A DNA stretch of 64,000 nucleotides from Nitrospirota bacterium (GTDB taxonomy: Bacteria > Nitrospirota > UBA9217), in contig CAVUCU010000003.1 in NCBI GenBank assembly GCA_963740085.1, positions 64,001-128,000 of the forward strand. Reading direction: 5' to 3'. Below, one piece after another: positions 1-11,341 of the stretch. Numbering within the stretch: the first letter of the stretch is position 1; each line of letters opens with the position of its first letter. The notes under the pieces are model-generated. The model ran no database searches. It was not told where the DNA came from and saw only the letters and a list, made by a program, of their open reading frames with translations. Both the position numbers and the translations under genes were made by a program.

Positions 1-258
1 CCCTATCATCCCGCCTTTAGACAGCTGGTGGAATCTTCGATCTTATTGGATAAAATGCGGACCGCGTTGCGCGCTTTCAAGGGAAAGACAGGAGCGGTGA
101 CTTTTCAGGTAAACCCGAAAGACCTTTCCGCCGCGATCGGTCAGCAGAGGTCCAATCTTAAGCAGCTTAAAAAAGAGTTCGGATTTCAGAAAATCCGCAT
201 TATTGGCGGGGACAATGTTCCGGGGAGGCGTGAACCTGTTCTTATCTCAGCGGTTTAG
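1..258 (+). CDS. Elp3-like radical SAM protein, C-terminal fragment (runs off window start)
   Basis: Frame open from base 1: PYHPAFRQLVES, resembling the GPxHPAFxxLV C-terminal motif of bacterial Elp3-like radical SAM proteins. Confidence 0.55.
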   Translation, partial: PYHPAFRQLVESSILLDKMRTALRAFKGKTGAVTFQVNPKDLSAAIGQQRSNLKQLKKEFGFQKIRIIGGDNVPGRREPVLISAV

Positions 259-297
259 TTCTTAAAGAGTCAGATTCAGTCAAAACGGAAATAAATT

Positions 298-378
298 TTC
301 GCGCAGGGGGCGCAAAGGAAATCTTAAGACTTGGTTTAAAATTGCCTCTCTCTGCGGGCCTGGCGCCTTTCCGAGAGA
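298..378. repeat. Intergenic imperfect inverted repeat, 9-nt-period family
   Basis: tcgcgcagggggcgcaaag ... ctctgcgggcctggcgcctttccgaga, between convergent genes. Confidence 0.55.
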
Positions 379-433
379 CGCCGTTGATGTCCACCTTTTG
401 GCTCCGGCTTGTTCCGATTAGGAATGGATAATA

Positions 434-625
434 TCAACCCTGCTCTGCAATGACAATGCGGTTCTTGACCAGCGAAACCTCACGAACTTCGCCGCGCACC
501 TTTTTCTCTTCCCCGAACAGGTTCCGAACCACCACCTCGCCGTTCTCGACGCGAACCTGATTTACCGACTCAAGGAGCAGTTCGTCTTTACCTTGTTTCT
601 TCACATAGGCACTCAGATCACACAT
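434..625 (-). CDS. cooT: CooT family nickel-binding protein
   Basis: 63 aa, MC start, NLFGEEK motif, overall CooT pattern. Confidence 0.8.
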   Translation of the reverse strand: MCDLSAYVKKQGKDELLLESVNQVRVENGEVVVRNLFGEEKKVRGEVREVSLVKNRIVIAEQG

Positions 626-1193
626 TTTTCACACACCTTCCCGTTTTGAAGAACCCTTGAAAACAGCAAACCCGCCGGCATCAATACAGGGAGGGCTATT
701 TTCTTACGTTCTTATCGCTGCTGTCAGGAAGCGCTTCCCGCCTGGCTGAACCAGCCTTCTGCGTTACACCCCTGCTTTCCGACAGGTAAGACAGGGTGCC
801 ACACCTGCGTTTCGCGGACTTTACATCCGATGGGCGCAGCTTCTTGCCGCTATTGTCTTCTTTATGCTTCATGCATCAGCACCAGCAATGTTTTTCTCTG
901 AATCATCTATACCACGCGCCCTGAAAGAAATCAAGGCAAAACGAAAAACCGGGATTCAAAACAGTCCGGGGTCTGATCAGAAAGAATCTTCTCTTCACAA
1001 AGTATAAACAGCGGATGCGTTGTACCCTATTCACGCGTGAGAACGCGTTGGGATCTGAGTTTGTTGATCAGTTTATGACAACATGAGGCCAGAAAAAAGG
1101 TATAATAAATAAACAATGACATGATCACGTTGCATCATTCCAAAGTCTTATGGTCAAGATAGTCATCCCACATTCTAAAAGGAGGAACCAGCC

Positions 1194-1478
1194 ATGCCGT
1201 ACTATGTGATCTTGAGCAACCTGACAGACGAAGGCCGCAGGACCATCAAGCAGAAGCCGGAACGGATCGTAGAAGTGAACAGGGAAATCGAGACTATGGG
1301 TGTTAAAATACACAAGCAATACGCACTGCTTGGTTCCTATGACTTTGTGAACATCGTCGAGGCGCCGAACAACGAGACGGTGATGAAGATGTCCGTAGAG
1401 ATAGGCGCACGGGGGTCGGTCCAGATGACGACGCTCCCGGCACTGCCCGTGGAGGAGTTCATCAAGAAGATCAAGTAG
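1194..1478 (+). CDS. GYD domain-containing protein
   Basis: LLGSYDFVNIVEAP motif, strong SD aaggagg. Confidence 0.85.
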   Translation: MPYYVILSNLTDEGRRTIKQKPERIVEVNREIETMGVKIHKQYALLGSYDFVNIVEAPNNETVMKMSVEIGARGSVQMTTLPALPVEEFIKKIK

Positions 1479-1520
1479 CGAAAAGGCCGGCTTCCTTGTT
1501 GTCCCCGGTATTTCGAGTGA

Positions 1521-2258
1521 TCATATCCTTGATGCCGCAGCTTTATCGATAAACCAGGAGAGTGTGCCATTGACCGGTTGTACACGTCCCGCGGGGTACT
1601 GACCCTTCTTGCCGGACTTCAGGACCTCATACACGATGTTTGCCTTGTCATTGCCGGCAACCAGAAAAAGAATGTCAGCCGCCCGGTTTAAAACCGGGAG
1701 CGTAAGGGACACGCGGCTGACCTCGGGTTTCTCCCGGTATACGGGGACAACTTCTCTGTTCCTTTCCTGCAGCAATGCCGATCCCGGAAAAAGTGATGCG
1801 GTATGTCCATCGGCACCTGCTCCCAGGATCACAAGATCAAAACCCGGCTTGCGGGAAGCGCCAAAGAATCGGTGCAGCTCTTCCTCATACGCTGCAGCCG
1901 CAGGCTCGGGCCCGTTCTCGCCCTGGATCCGGTGAATATTTTCCCGCGGGACTATGGCTTTTAACTGCATCATGTCTTCGACAAGCTTGTAATTGCTTTC
2001 CTCATGCGACGGGGCGACGCACCGCTCATCAGCCCAGAAAAAGTGGACCCCCTTCCAGTCGATTTTTTCACGGTACGGTGAAGAGCCAAGAAGCGAATAG
2101 AGAAGACGCGGCGTGGAACCGCCGGAAAGAGCAGTTGCGAACCTCCCGCGTGAGAGTATCGCGGCCTTGGAGAGGGAAACAAAGCGTTCTGCTGCCGCGC
2201 GGCTGAGCGAATCGATATCCGGGAATACCGAGATCTGCGGATGCGGGTCGTTGCTCAC
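1521..2258 (-). CDS. pgl: 6-phosphogluconolactonase
   Basis: [27 protein letters not shown]; GTG start overlapping the zwf stop. Confidence 0.92.
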   Translation of the reverse strand: MSNDPHPQISVFPDIDSLSRAAAERFVSLSKAAILSRGRFATALSGGSTPRLLYSLLGSSPYREKIDWKGVHFFWADERCVAPSHEESNYKLVEDMMQLKAIVPRENIHRIQGENGPEPAAAAYEEELHRFFGASRKPGFDLVILGAGADGHTASLFPGSALLQERNREVVPVYREKPEVSRVSLTLPVLNRAADILFLVAGNDKANIVYEVLKSGKKGQYPAGRVQPVNGTLSWFIDKAAASRI

Positions 2259-3784
2259 AAGGGTCTCCAGGTACGGTTGTCCTTTTCGATCAACGGCAAC
2301 GCCTCTGTTGGTCCGGACGATCCCGATGCATAGTGAGGGATGTCCACTGCCGGTGATCCGGTTTCGAACTGTTCGATCACCGGTGTAAGCAAAGACCACA
2401 TCTGTTCCACGCCGTCCTGCCTTGTAAACAACATATGGTCCCCAAGCATGCAATCGAGCAGGACCCACTCATATGCGTCCAGATGCGCTCCCCGGGGATA
2501 GGTGTAGTCCATGACCACAGGATCGAGGCATATCTTCGAACCGGGAGATTTGATCTGATAGGTCAGGCTCATACCCTCGTCGGGCTGTACCCGCAGCACG
2601 AGGGTATCGGGATCAATGGGCCCGCCAACGGTCGCGGGAAACAGGGAGTAAGGAACCCGTTTAAAATAAATGGCGATCTCCGTTTTTCTGGCCGAAAGCC
2701 TCTTGCCGGACCTGAGATAAAAGGGCACATCGTTCCACCGCCAGTTGTCGATGAAAACCTTCAGCGCAGCGAATGTAGGAGTAGTTGATCCGCCGGACAC
2801 CCCCTCTTCCTCCCGGTAGCCGATGACCGGCGATTCCCGGATCGTGCCCCTAGCGTATTGTCCGATGACCACCTGCTCGTTCAGGCGATCGAGTGAAAAC
2901 GGGCGGATGGATCGGAGCACCTTTACCTTTTCGTCCCGCACGAGGTCGGCTTCGAACGCTGGCGGCGCTTCCATTGCGATGATGGCGAGCAATTGGAACA
3001 TATGGTTCTGGAACATATCTCTGAGCACGCCGGACCTTTCATAGTATCCCGCCCGGTGCTCCACACCGAGCGTCTCGGCAGCGGTTATCTGTACATGGTC
3101 GATGTACCGCCTGTTCCAGAGCGGCTCAAAGATCGAATTGGCGAACCGGAACATGAGGATGTTCTGGACAGTTTCCTTTGCCAGATAGTGGTCGATGCGA
3201 AATACCTGGTGTTCCTGAAAATGCGCGAGAAGGACCATGCTCAGTTTGCGCGCCGATTCGAGATCACGTCCAAATGGCTTCTCGATCACGATCCTGCTGC
3301 TTCCCGTTTCTTCCCGCGCAAGCCCTGCCGCACCAAGATTCCGGATGATCTCCTCATACACGGTCGGGGGAACAGAGAGATAGAATATGCGCGAGCCCCG
3401 GGTCCGGTGTTTCTGTTCGAGCGCGGGGAGGATATCGCGGAGTTTCGGGCCGTAGGCCGCGGGATCGCCGTAGTCGAAGACCGAGTGATAAAGCATCGCG
3501 GAAAACGAATTCCAGTCGTTCTGGTCGAACGCTTCTGGCATCGCTTCCTTCACCGCAGCGAGCATGGTTTCGCGAAAGCGTTCCGTACCGATATCGTGCC
3601 TGCTCGTCCCGAGAATGAAAAACGCTTCGGGAAGCATCCGGCTGGCGTAAAGGCGGTACAGGGAAGGCAGCAGCTTTCGCTTCGCAAGATCCCCGGAGGC
3701 GCCGAATATGACCAGGCAGCAGGGCTTCGGCACCTCGATCTCACAGCCGTTTACGGTCTTGTAGCGTGGAATTGTTGCGCCCAT
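2255..3784 (-). CDS. zwf: Glucose-6-phosphate 1-dehydrogenase
   Basis: [29 protein letters not shown]. Confidence 0.97.
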   Translation of the reverse strand: MGATIPRYKTVNGCEIEVPKPCCLVIFGASGDLAKRKLLPSLYRLYASRMLPEAFFILGTSRHDIGTERFRETMLAAVKEAMPEAFDQNDWNSFSAMLYHSVFDYGDPAAYGPKLRDILPALEQKHRTRGSRIFYLSVPPTVYEEIIRNLGAAGLAREETGSSRIVIEKPFGRDLESARKLSMVLLAHFQEHQVFRIDHYLAKETVQNILMFRFANSIFEPLWNRRYIDHVQITAAETLGVEHRAGYYERSGVLRDMFQNHMFQLLAIIAMEAPPAFEADLVRDEKVKVLRSIRPFSLDRLNEQVVIGQYARGTIRESPVIGYREEEGVSGGSTTPTFAALKVFIDNWRWNDVPFYLRSGKRLSARKTEIAIYFKRVPYSLFPATVGGPIDPDTLVLRVQPDEGMSLTYQIKSPGSKICLDPVVMDYTYPRGAHLDAYEWVLLDCMLGDHMLFTRQDGVEQMWSLLTPVIEQFETGSPAVDIPHYASGSSGPTEALPLIEKDNRTWRPL

Positions 3785-3785
3785 A

Positions 3786-4649
3786 TTATTTTATCAGCGC
3801 GTTCCAATCCGCCGAGAACCTCTCCATTCCCTTGTCCGTCAGGTCATGACGGATATCAAAGGATTCCCATGGCTTGGAGAGGTCAAGCTCGCGGAATGGG
3901 ATCGCCTTCAATCCTTTCGCGTCATAGTGGTACTCATTGCCGGGGATGGGCAGCCCCTTCTCCCCCCACGCCTTGATCATTTCAAACGGTGCGGTAATGA
4001 TGTCGGAACCGAGCCTGAGCGCGTACAGGAAATGGTCGACAGACCTGACGCTTGCGGTCAGCACCTCCACATGGTCATCGCCTTTCCCATACATCCTGAT
4101 GATATTGGCGATGAGGTCCATGCCGTTCTCTCCGCGATCGTCCAGCCGGCCGATGAACGGGGAGAGGAAAACCTGCCCTTTCTGCGCGCCCTGCGTTGCC
4201 GCATACACAGCGGCGGCCTGTTCCTGCGTGAATACCAGCGTCATATTCACCCGAAGGCCCGCCTTGACGGCCTGCTGTGCCGCTTTCAGGCCTTCCCGGG
4301 ACGTGGGGAACTTGATGTGCGCGTTCGGGATCCAGGTGAACATCTCCCTGCCCTGCTTCAGCATTTCACCGGCCGGTGTCGAGGCATCGGCATAGACCTC
4401 GATGGATATCGAACCCTTCGGCAGGAGGCCTGAAAGAGTGTTGACGACGCCGCGATAAAAGGTGAATATCTCCTCCTTGCTGAATTTGTTGCCCTGCTCA
4501 AGCCGCTTCCGGGCCTCCGGGTTCTTCGAGATGAGCGTAGGGTTCGTGGTCTGTCCATCAAGGAACCCGATCTGTTTGAGCACTGCCTTTGTCTCTTCCG
4601 GGTTTCCGCCGTCCAGAAAAATCCTTGTCTTCATGTTCTTCGGTCTCAT
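3786..4649 (-). CDS. tal: Transaldolase family protein
   Basis: [25 protein letters not shown]. Confidence 0.9.
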   Translation of the reverse strand: MRPKNMKTRIFLDGGNPEETKAVLKQIGFLDGQTTNPTLISKNPEARKRLEQGNKFSKEEIFTFYRGVVNTLSGLLPKGSISIEVYADASTPAGEMLKQGREMFTWIPNAHIKFPTSREGLKAAQQAVKAGLRVNMTLVFTQEQAAAVYAATQGAQKGQVFLSPFIGRLDDRGENGMDLIANIIRMYGKGDDHVEVLTASVRSVDHFLYALRLGSDIITAPFEMIKAWGEKGLPIPGNEYHYDAKGLKAIPFRELDLSKPWESFDIRHDLTDKGMERFSADWNALIK

Positions 4650-4684
4650 AGAATCTCCTTTACTTTTATAGGTATCGTTAAAAT

Positions 4685-4810
4685 CTAACCACAGAGAAAT
4701 CAGAGAAGTCCTTAAAGCGTGGAAACTCCTTTTAGTGAATTCATTAAATCTTCTATCACAGAGTGTAAAGAGTTTTTTAAAATTCTTTTCTCCGTGTCCT
4801 CTGTGGTTAG
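4685..4810. repeat. Intergenic inverted repeat, 9-nt-period family
   Basis: Perfect 12-bp terminal IR ctaaccacagag/ctctgtggttag; right end overlaps the tkt stop codon. Confidence 0.7.
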
Positions 4811-6645
4811 CCTTTTAGTATCTCCTTTACTTTTTTCATAATGGCCTTGCTCGATATCTCTTCATAGTCAAGAAGCTCCTTCGGCTGCCCGCTCTTCGGA
4901 ATTTTTCGCACTGCAAGGGAATGTATGGCCGCGGGTACGCCGGCAAGCGCGCTCCTGACCGCCTCGCCCATCCCGCCTTCGGCGAAATGGTCTTCCACCG
5001 TGATGATCCTCCCCGTATCGTGCGCGGCCCCGGTAAGCGTCTGAACATCGATCGGTTTGATGCTGTACAGGTCGATCACGCCGATGAATATGCCTTCCTT
5101 CTTCAATTTCTCATATGCCGCAAGTGCCTCATGGAGCGTGATCCCTGCCGCGGCCACCGTGGCTACATCTCTCGCGCTCCTCTTCAGCACCTTGCTGCCT
5201 CCGATGCGGAATACCTCGTCGTTGCGGTAAATGACCGGCGTGTTCTCTCGCGTGGTTCGCAGATACACGATCCCCCTGTGACTTGCCGCTTCTTCCACCA
5301 GTTTCTCGGCTGATACCGCGTCCGATGGATAGAGGATCACGCTGTTCAGGATGGTCCTGAACAGGGCAATGTCCTCGAGACCCATCTGCGAAGAGCCGTC
5401 CACCCCTATTGAAACGCCCGAGTGGGACCCGCAGAACTTGATGTTCGCATCAGAGTATTGGCACATGCGTATCTGGTCAAAGGCACGAGTCAGGAATGCG
5501 GCGAACGTGGATACGAAAGGGACCCTGCCGCGCAGGGAAAGACCCAGGGCGTTGCCCACCATGTTCTGCTCGGCGATGAACATCTCGAAGAACCGGTCCG
5601 GCCAGGCCTTCTTGAATATCTCGGCAAAGGTCGAATTGCTGACCTCGGCATCAAGCACGACGATCTCAGGGTATTGGGGGTACAGCCGTTCAAGCGCTGT
5701 GCCGTAGGCGTGCCTCGTAGACACTGGATTGTCCGGGGAGTACAAGACCGGTTCGGCCTTCCCGGCTTTCCGGTCCACCGGCTTGATATCCTCGGGGCTC
5801 TGAATCTCGCCGCGGATCGTTAGATCGAGCGGCCCGAGCTCTTCGAGCGCGCGAAGGAGTTCATCCTTCTTGAGCGCCTTGCCGTGCCAGCCGTTCTTGT
5901 CCTCGATGAACGATATGCCTTTCCCCTTTACGGTCTTTGCGATGATCATGACCGGCTTGTCATGGACCCGGCCGGCCTGTTCATAGGCGGTAAGTATCTG
6001 CGGCAAGTGGTGTCCATCGATCACGATCGGCTCCCATCCGAAGGCAGAGGCCTTTTTCTTATATACCTCCAGGTCGTAGCCATACATGGTCTCCCCGCGC
6101 TGTCCAAGCCGGTTCACGTCGAGGACGCCGACAAGGTTGTCAAGTTTGTAATACGCGGCGATCTCCATTGCCTCCCATTGCGAACCCTCGGCCATCTCGC
6201 TGTCGCCAAGGAGGACATACGTGCGATAGGGAAGTTTGTCGATATACTTGGCGTTCAGGGCCATACCAACGCCGATCGAAAGCCCCTGACCGAGCGAGCC
6301 GGTTGCCGCCTCGGTATAGGTGAATGCCGGTGTCGGATGACCTTCCAAAGGACTGCCGAATTTTCTCAGGGTCATCATCTCCTGTCCGGTCACCTTTCCG
6401 GCGGCAAGCCAGAGCGAGTAAAAGAGAGGCGATGCGTGTCCCTTGGAAAATATAAGCCGGTCATTGTTCGGGTGCTTCGGCATGTCCGCGTCGAACCGGA
6501 ACGCGCCGCCGAACAGCAGGCCGGTCATCAGGTCGGCGGCCGAGAGGGACGAGGTCGGATGTCCGGAGCCTGCCTCGGTTGTCGAGACAAGGCTCCAGTA
6601 GCGGATCAGTTTTGCAAGCTTTTCCAATTTAACAATATCTGACAT
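4807..6645 (-). CDS. tkt: Transketolase
   Basis: GSGHPTSSLS, SKGHA, TGSLGQGLS, GDSEMAEG, IAEQNM. Confidence 0.96.
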   Translation of the reverse strand: MSDIVKLEKLAKLIRYWSLVSTTEAGSGHPTSSLSAADLMTGLLFGGAFRFDADMPKHPNNDRLIFSKGHASPLFYSLWLAAGKVTGQEMMTLRKFGSPLEGHPTPAFTYTEAATGSLGQGLSIGVGMALNAKYIDKLPYRTYVLLGDSEMAEGSQWEAMEIAAYYKLDNLVGVLDVNRLGQRGETMYGYDLEVYKKKASAFGWEPIVIDGHHLPQILTAYEQAGRVHDKPVMIIAKTVKGKGISFIEDKNGWHGKALKKDELLRALEELGPLDLTIRGEIQSPEDIKPVDRKAGKAEPVLYSPDNPVSTRHAYGTALERLYPQYPEIVVLDAEVSNSTFAEIFKKAWPDRFFEMFIAEQNMVGNALGLSLRGRVPFVSTFAAFLTRAFDQIRMCQYSDANIKFCGSHSGVSIGVDGSSQMGLEDIALFRTILNSVILYPSDAVSAEKLVEEAASHRGIVYLRTTRENTPVIYRNDEVFRIGGSKVLKRSARDVATVAAAGITLHEALAAYEKLKKEGIFIGVIDLYSIKPIDVQTLTGAAHDTGRIITVEDHFAEGGMGEAVRSALAGVPAAIHSLAVRKIPKSGQPKELLDYEEISSKAIMKKVKEILKG

Positions 6646-6738
6646 TTTTTCTCCTTATACCTGTGGGGGACGGTTAAAAGTGCTTTGCTGACAAAGATAG
6701 TTAATTTTGAGTCAAATTATTGTGTTGACATGCAACCA

Positions 6739-6821
6739 CCCCTCACCTTAATCCTCTCCCCTGATGGGAGAGGAAATAAAAAACTCCCTCGCCCCATCGG
6801 GGAGAGGGCTGGGGTGAGGGG
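6739..6821. repeat. REP-like cruciform repeat
   Basis: cccctcacc ... cctctccc-ctgat-gggagagg ... ccctcgcccc-atc-ggggagaggg ... ggtgagggg; related copy at 28646-28725. Confidence 0.7.
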
Positions 6822-6862
6822 GTTTTTGCATGATGAGTTGGTCTGATACAATGTCTCTCTAA

Positions 6863-7762
6863 TTATTTATTCTCTTTCACCTCGTGTCCCCCAAACTGAT
6901 TTCTCATTGCGGACACAAGCTTGCCGGTATAACTCGGATGTGCCTGGGACTGGATGCGAAACTCGAGTGCGCCCTGAATGATCGGCGTTGGGACACCGAG
7001 CTCTTTTCCCGCTTCAACGGTCCACATCCCTTCGCCGCTCTGGGCAGCCGATCCCGAGATGTCCCTGAGGTCTTCTCCGTACCGTGCAAAGGCGCTCTGC
7101 AGCCAGCCCACCAGCCGCGATTCGATCACGCTCTTGTGGTTGTATACATCGGTGATCCTGGTGAGTTCAAGCCCGAAACCGGATGACTTCATGATTGCGA
7201 ACCCCTCTGCCAGCGCCTGCATCATACCATACTCGATCCCGTTATGGACCATTTTCACAAAATGGCCCGCTCCCGGCCCTCCCATGTATCCGTATCCATC
7301 GGGAACTGAAAGGTCCCGGAACAAGGCCTCGAACTTCTGAAATACTTCCTTCCTGCCGCCCACCATGATACAGGCGCCGCTCCGTGCGCCTGCCGGCCCC
7401 CCGCTCACCCCTGCATCGAGGAAATCAATGCCCTTCGTTGCCAACTCCTTCGACCGACGGATCGATTCCTTGTAGGGAGAGTTGCCTCCATCGATCAGCG
7501 TGTCTCCCTTTGCGAGAAGCGGGGTAAGTTCATTCAAGACAGGGTCTACCGCTTGATACGGGATCATTATCCAGAGCAGGCGCGGCGAAACAAGGGCCGA
7601 TACGATTTCCTTGAGAGATCCGGCCGGTTGAGCTCCTCGCTGTGCGATTTTTAGAGTTGGTTCCTCGCTCCTGTTGTAGACAACAACTTCATACTTCTTG
7701 TCCAGAAGCAACTCGACCATGTTGTATCCCATTTTGCCCAGACCGATGTAGCCGAGTTTCAT
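6863..7762 (-). CDS. gnd: 6-phosphogluconate dehydrogenase (decarboxylating, short form)
   Basis: GLGKMG, IDGGNS, GHFVKMVHNGIEYG, RNQFGGH. Confidence 0.95.
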   Translation of the reverse strand: MKLGYIGLGKMGYNMVELLLDKKYEVVVYNRSEEPTLKIAQRGAQPAGSLKEIVSALVSPRLLWIMIPYQAVDPVLNELTPLLAKGDTLIDGGNSPYKESIRRSKELATKGIDFLDAGVSGGPAGARSGACIMVGGRKEVFQKFEALFRDLSVPDGYGYMGGPGAGHFVKMVHNGIEYGMMQALAEGFAIMKSSGFGLELTRITDVYNHKSVIESRLVGWLQSAFARYGEDLRDISGSAAQSGEGMWTVEAGKELGVPTPIIQGALEFRIQSQAHPSYTGKLVSAMRNQFGGHEVKENK

Positions 7763-7808
7763 GATGACCTCCTCTTCTTACTGCCGCCTACAACCTTAAA
7801 ACATTTTC

Positions 7809-7833
7809 GTCATTCCCGCGAAAGCGGGAATCT
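7809..7833. repeat. REP-like palindrome
   Basis: gtcattcccgc-gaaa-gcgggaatct. Confidence 0.65.
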
Positions 7834-7867
7834 ACCGTGGTCTGCCCCAATTGCGATCTTCATAGTT

Positions 7868-8551
7868 TCACGCACCTCCCTTTTTGCCTTTGAACTTCTG
7901 ATAGAGCACCGGAACAAGTGCGAATAATCCCAGCAGGGCAAAGGACCCGAGCACCCGGGGCGAAGCGACCTCGCTCACACTGGTGATCGTTGCAAGACTT
8001 GCGCCTGCGTTGCAGAACACGAAACTTCCCGGGATGATGCCGATCATGGTCCCGAAGAAGAATGTGCGCAGGGGAACCTTCGTAAGCCCCGCCCCCAGGT
8101 TGATCAGAAAAAAGGGAAAGAGCGGGACCAGCCGCAGGAACAGGAGGTAGTTGAACCCTCGTGTCTCGAGTTCCCTGTTCATTTTTTCAAGACGGGGTCC
8201 GAATTTGTTCTGGATCGCGTCGCGAAACAGGTAGCGGGCCACCAGGAAGGCCAGGGTAGCGCCGATCGTGGCGCCGATATTGACGTACAGGGTCCCCATG
8301 ACAGCTCCGAATATGGCGCCTGCCGCGAGAGAGAGGATCGCCGCTCCGGGGAGAGAGAGCGCGCTCTGGATGATATAGATGGCGATAAATGCACCGGCCA
8401 TGACGAAACGGTTCTCCTGATAGAACGTTGTCAGCGCATCGCGGTTGGTCTTGAGCGATTCGAGAGTAAGGAACCTTCCCAGGTCGAACGCAAAGAAGAG
8501 CGCGATAAGCCCTGCCACGACCGCCGCGATGAGGAGCTTTTTTTTATTCAC
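7868..8551 (-). CDS. TVP38/TMEM64 (DedA superfamily) membrane protein
   Basis: LSLPGA, FLRLVPLFPFFLINL, GIIPG. Confidence 0.9.
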   Translation of the reverse strand: MNKKKLLIAAVVAGLIALFFAFDLGRFLTLESLKTNRDALTTFYQENRFVMAGAFIAIYIIQSALSLPGAAILSLAAGAIFGAVMGTLYVNIGATIGATLAFLVARYLFRDAIQNKFGPRLEKMNRELETRGFNYLLFLRLVPLFPFFLINLGAGLTKVPLRTFFFGTMIGIIPGSFVFCNAGASLATITSVSEVASPRVLGSFALLGLFALVPVLYQKFKGKKGGA

Positions 8552-8625
8552 ACGATCTCCTTATTTTGAATATCACGTCACTTCCAGCCGCGCATGCCTG
8601 TCGATGCATCATCATTTGAACCGTC

Positions 8626-11271
8626 CTAATCGCACCAGCACCACTGGATCATCTCGGCAACGAGCGCCGTCCAGCCCGTTTGATGGCTTGCGCCAAGGCC
8701 TTTGCAGGTATCGCCGTGGTAATACTCATAGAAGTTAATAAGATCCTTGAAATGAGGGTCCTGCTGGTAGGTGCGGTCTTCGCCATGAACCTGGCGCCTG
8801 CCTTTGCCATCTTTTGCAAAGATGGTTGTCATTCGCTGGGAAAGTTTTACGGCAACCTCCATGAGGTTCATGCTGTTCCCGGATCCGGTGGGATACTCTA
8901 CCTTGAGCGAGTCGCCGTAATAATGGTGATATTTCCTGAGCGCTTCGATAAAGAGATAATTAACAGGGATCCAGATCGGGCCGCGCCAGTTCGAGTTGCC
9001 GCCGAACAGGGGCGTTTTTGCCTCTGCCGGTTCGTAATCGACCCGGTACTCCATGCCGTCAAGCCGAAGGATATAGGGGTTGTCCTGATGATACTTGGAA
9101 ATGGACCTGATGCCGCCCGGGGAAAGAAATTCGTTCTCATCGAGCATCTTCTGAAGGATCCTGACCACCCGCTCTTTAGGCACGAGCGAGAGCAGGATGT
9201 CATGTCCCTCCCGGAGTTCCTCCATCGCCATGCATCGGCCCAGGTCCTTGCGATTATTTCTGAACCATACCATCCTCTTCTTGAAGCCCTTCATGCTTTC
9301 GAGAACGTCGCTTCTCACCACCGAAACGGCCAGCAGCGAGGTCAATCCCACCAGGGAGCGGACCTTGAGCGGGATCGAGCCTCCTTCGGGCATGTGCAGG
9401 ACATCGTAATAGAACCCGTCCGTTTCGTCCCACAGCCCCTGTTCTCCCAACTGGTTCAGCGATTCCGCGATATGGATAAAATGCTCGTAGAACTTGGATG
9501 CCACATCCTCATAGGAACTGTCTTCCCGCGCGATCTCCAGTGCCATGTCCATCAAACCGAGCGAGTACATGGCCATCCAGCTCGTACCGTCCGCCTGCTC
9601 CACGTGCCCGCCCCCGGGGAGCGGTCTGCTGCGGTCAAAGGCGCCGATATTATCGAGTCCCAGAAATCCCCCCTGAAAAATATTGTTGCCCTCCGAGTCC
9701 TTGCGGTTGACCCACCAGGTGAAATTGAGCAGAAGCTTGAGGAACATCCGCTTGAGAAAGTCCGTGTCGCCCTTTCCCGTTCGCTCCTTGTCGATCTGGT
9801 ACACCTTCAAGGCCGCCCAGGCATGCACGGGCGGGTTCACATCGCTCAGGTTCCACTCATAGGCCGGGAGTTGGCCGTTCGGGTGCATGTACCATTCCCT
9901 GGTGAAAAGGATGAGCTGTTTCTTCGCAAAATCAGGGTCGATCATGGCGAACGGGACGCAATGGAACGCAAGGTCCCAGCTCGCATACCAGGGATATTCC
10001 CATTTGTCCGGCATGGAGATCACATCTCGATTGAAGAGGTATTTCCACCCGGCGTTTCGACCTGTCTTTCTGCTCTCCGGAGGAGAAGGCTGGCCGGGGT
10101 CTCCGGAGAGCCAGGTCTCCAGTTCATAATTATAGTACTGTTTGTTCCAGAGAAGTCCTGCAAAGGCCTGGCGCTGCACCGAGATGACATCGCTTTTCGG
10201 ACTATCAGGAATGAACCGGGAGTAAAATTCATCCGCCTCAACAACGCGCTGTTTGAATACCTCTTCGAACTCCTGACCAAAAGGGTCCTGTTCGATCCTT
10301 TCTTTTCTGAGGCGCAGCCTGATGATCCGCGACTCCCCTCCTGCGATGGCGAGGCGATGCATGACAGCGCTTTTCGTGCCGTTCTTTCTGCTGCTGACCA
10401 GGGAAAGATCGTTGGCAATGACCGCGCCATGAAAGGCATCCTTGACAGAGGGTGACCCGTTGGGCTGGTTAAACAGCCGTTCCGTGTTCGTTTCATTTTC
10501 CGTGAACAGCACAAGGCCGCCTTTTTCACCATAGAAATAATACGGTCCCATATCTTCATGGTTGCATTCCAGCGAGTTCCATCGCTGCTCCGTATCGATC
10601 AGTCTGATATCAGGCCTTGTCTTGATCTTCCCGCGGATCCAGGTGTTTCTGAACCACAAGGTCGGCAAAACCGTGATGGCGGCCCGGTCCTTTCCACGAT
10701 TGAAAATGCTGATCTTGACCAGGATGTCATCGGGGGCCGACTTGGCATATTCGATAAAAACATCAAAATACCTGTCATCGGCAAAGACGCCGGTATCCAT
10801 AATTTCATATTCAGGGTCAAGCCGCGATCGCTTCCTGTTCTTATCCAGGAGTTCCTGATAGGGAAACTCCCCCTGGGGATACTTGTAGAGATACTTCATG
10901 TAGGAGTGGGTCGGCGTGTTGTCGAGGTAATAGTAGAGCTCTTTGACGTCTTCTCCATGGTTGCCTTCCCTGGTGGTCAATCCGAAGAGCCGTTCCTTGA
11001 GGATCGGGTCCCTCCCGTTCCAGAGGGCAAGAGAGAAACACAGGTCCTGGTTGATGTCCGAGATGCCTCCCAGACCGTCCTCGCCCCAGCGGTACACCCG
11101 GGAGCGCGCGTGGTCGTGAGGAAAATACTCCCAGGCCTCGCCGTCCGCGCTGTAGTCCTCGCGCACCGTACCCCATTGGCGCTCGCTCAGGTAGGGCCCC
11201 CATTTTTTCCAGAAGACCTTGTGCGACGCGTTATCCGCCAATCGTCTGTCTTCAGCGGTGGTTCGGTTCAT
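8626..11271 (-). CDS. GH63/MGH1-like glycoside hydrolase
   Basis: WGPYLSERQWGTVREDYS, MPDKWEYPW, GLGASHQTGWT. Confidence 0.9.
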   Translation of the reverse strand: MNRTTAEDRRLADNASHKVFWKKWGPYLSERQWGTVREDYSADGEAWEYFPHDHARSRVYRWGEDGLGGISDINQDLCFSLALWNGRDPILKERLFGLTTREGNHGEDVKELYYYLDNTPTHSYMKYLYKYPQGEFPYQELLDKNRKRSRLDPEYEIMDTGVFADDRYFDVFIEYAKSAPDDILVKISIFNRGKDRAAITVLPTLWFRNTWIRGKIKTRPDIRLIDTEQRWNSLECNHEDMGPYYFYGEKGGLVLFTENETNTERLFNQPNGSPSVKDAFHGAVIANDLSLVSSRKNGTKSAVMHRLAIAGGESRIIRLRLRKERIEQDPFGQEFEEVFKQRVVEADEFYSRFIPDSPKSDVISVQRQAFAGLLWNKQYYNYELETWLSGDPGQPSPPESRKTGRNAGWKYLFNRDVISMPDKWEYPWYASWDLAFHCVPFAMIDPDFAKKQLILFTREWYMHPNGQLPAYEWNLSDVNPPVHAWAALKVYQIDKERTGKGDTDFLKRMFLKLLLNFTWWVNRKDSEGNNIFQGGFLGLDNIGAFDRSRPLPGGGHVEQADGTSWMAMYSLGLMDMALEIAREDSSYEDVASKFYEHFIHIAESLNQLGEQGLWDETDGFYYDVLHMPEGGSIPLKVRSLVGLTSLLAVSVVRSDVLESMKGFKKRMVWFRNNRKDLGRCMAMEELREGHDILLSLVPKERVVRILQKMLDENEFLSPGGIRSISKYHQDNPYILRLDGMEYRVDYEPAEAKTPLFGGNSNWRGPIWIPVNYLFIEALRKYHHYYGDSLKVEYPTGSGNSMNLMEVAVKLSQRMTTIFAKDGKGRRQVHGEDRTYQQDPHFKDLINFYEYYHGDTCKGLGASHQTGWTALVAEMIQWCWCD

Positions 11272-11296
11272 TTTTTAAAGTCCTTTTTTTCTTTTC

Positions 11297-11335
11297 ATCG
11301 GTCCGATATGACCTATCTGACCGATCAGCCCGATC
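11297..11335. repeat. 9-nt-period tandem microrepeat
   Basis: atcggtccg atatgacct atctgaccg atcagcccg atc, in an intergenic spacer. Confidence 0.5.
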
Positions 11336-11341
11336 ATCAGC

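Noticed and set aside
696-872. 58-aa minus-strand ORF upstream of cooT (MKHKEDNSGKK...)
   Set aside because: No clear SD or recognisable motif; cannot be supported.
8680-10455. Long antisense ORFs (for example 8680-10455, 57147-58946, 25492-26844, 37511-38761)
   Set aside because: Shadow frames opposite well-supported genes, as expected with GC-rich codon usage.
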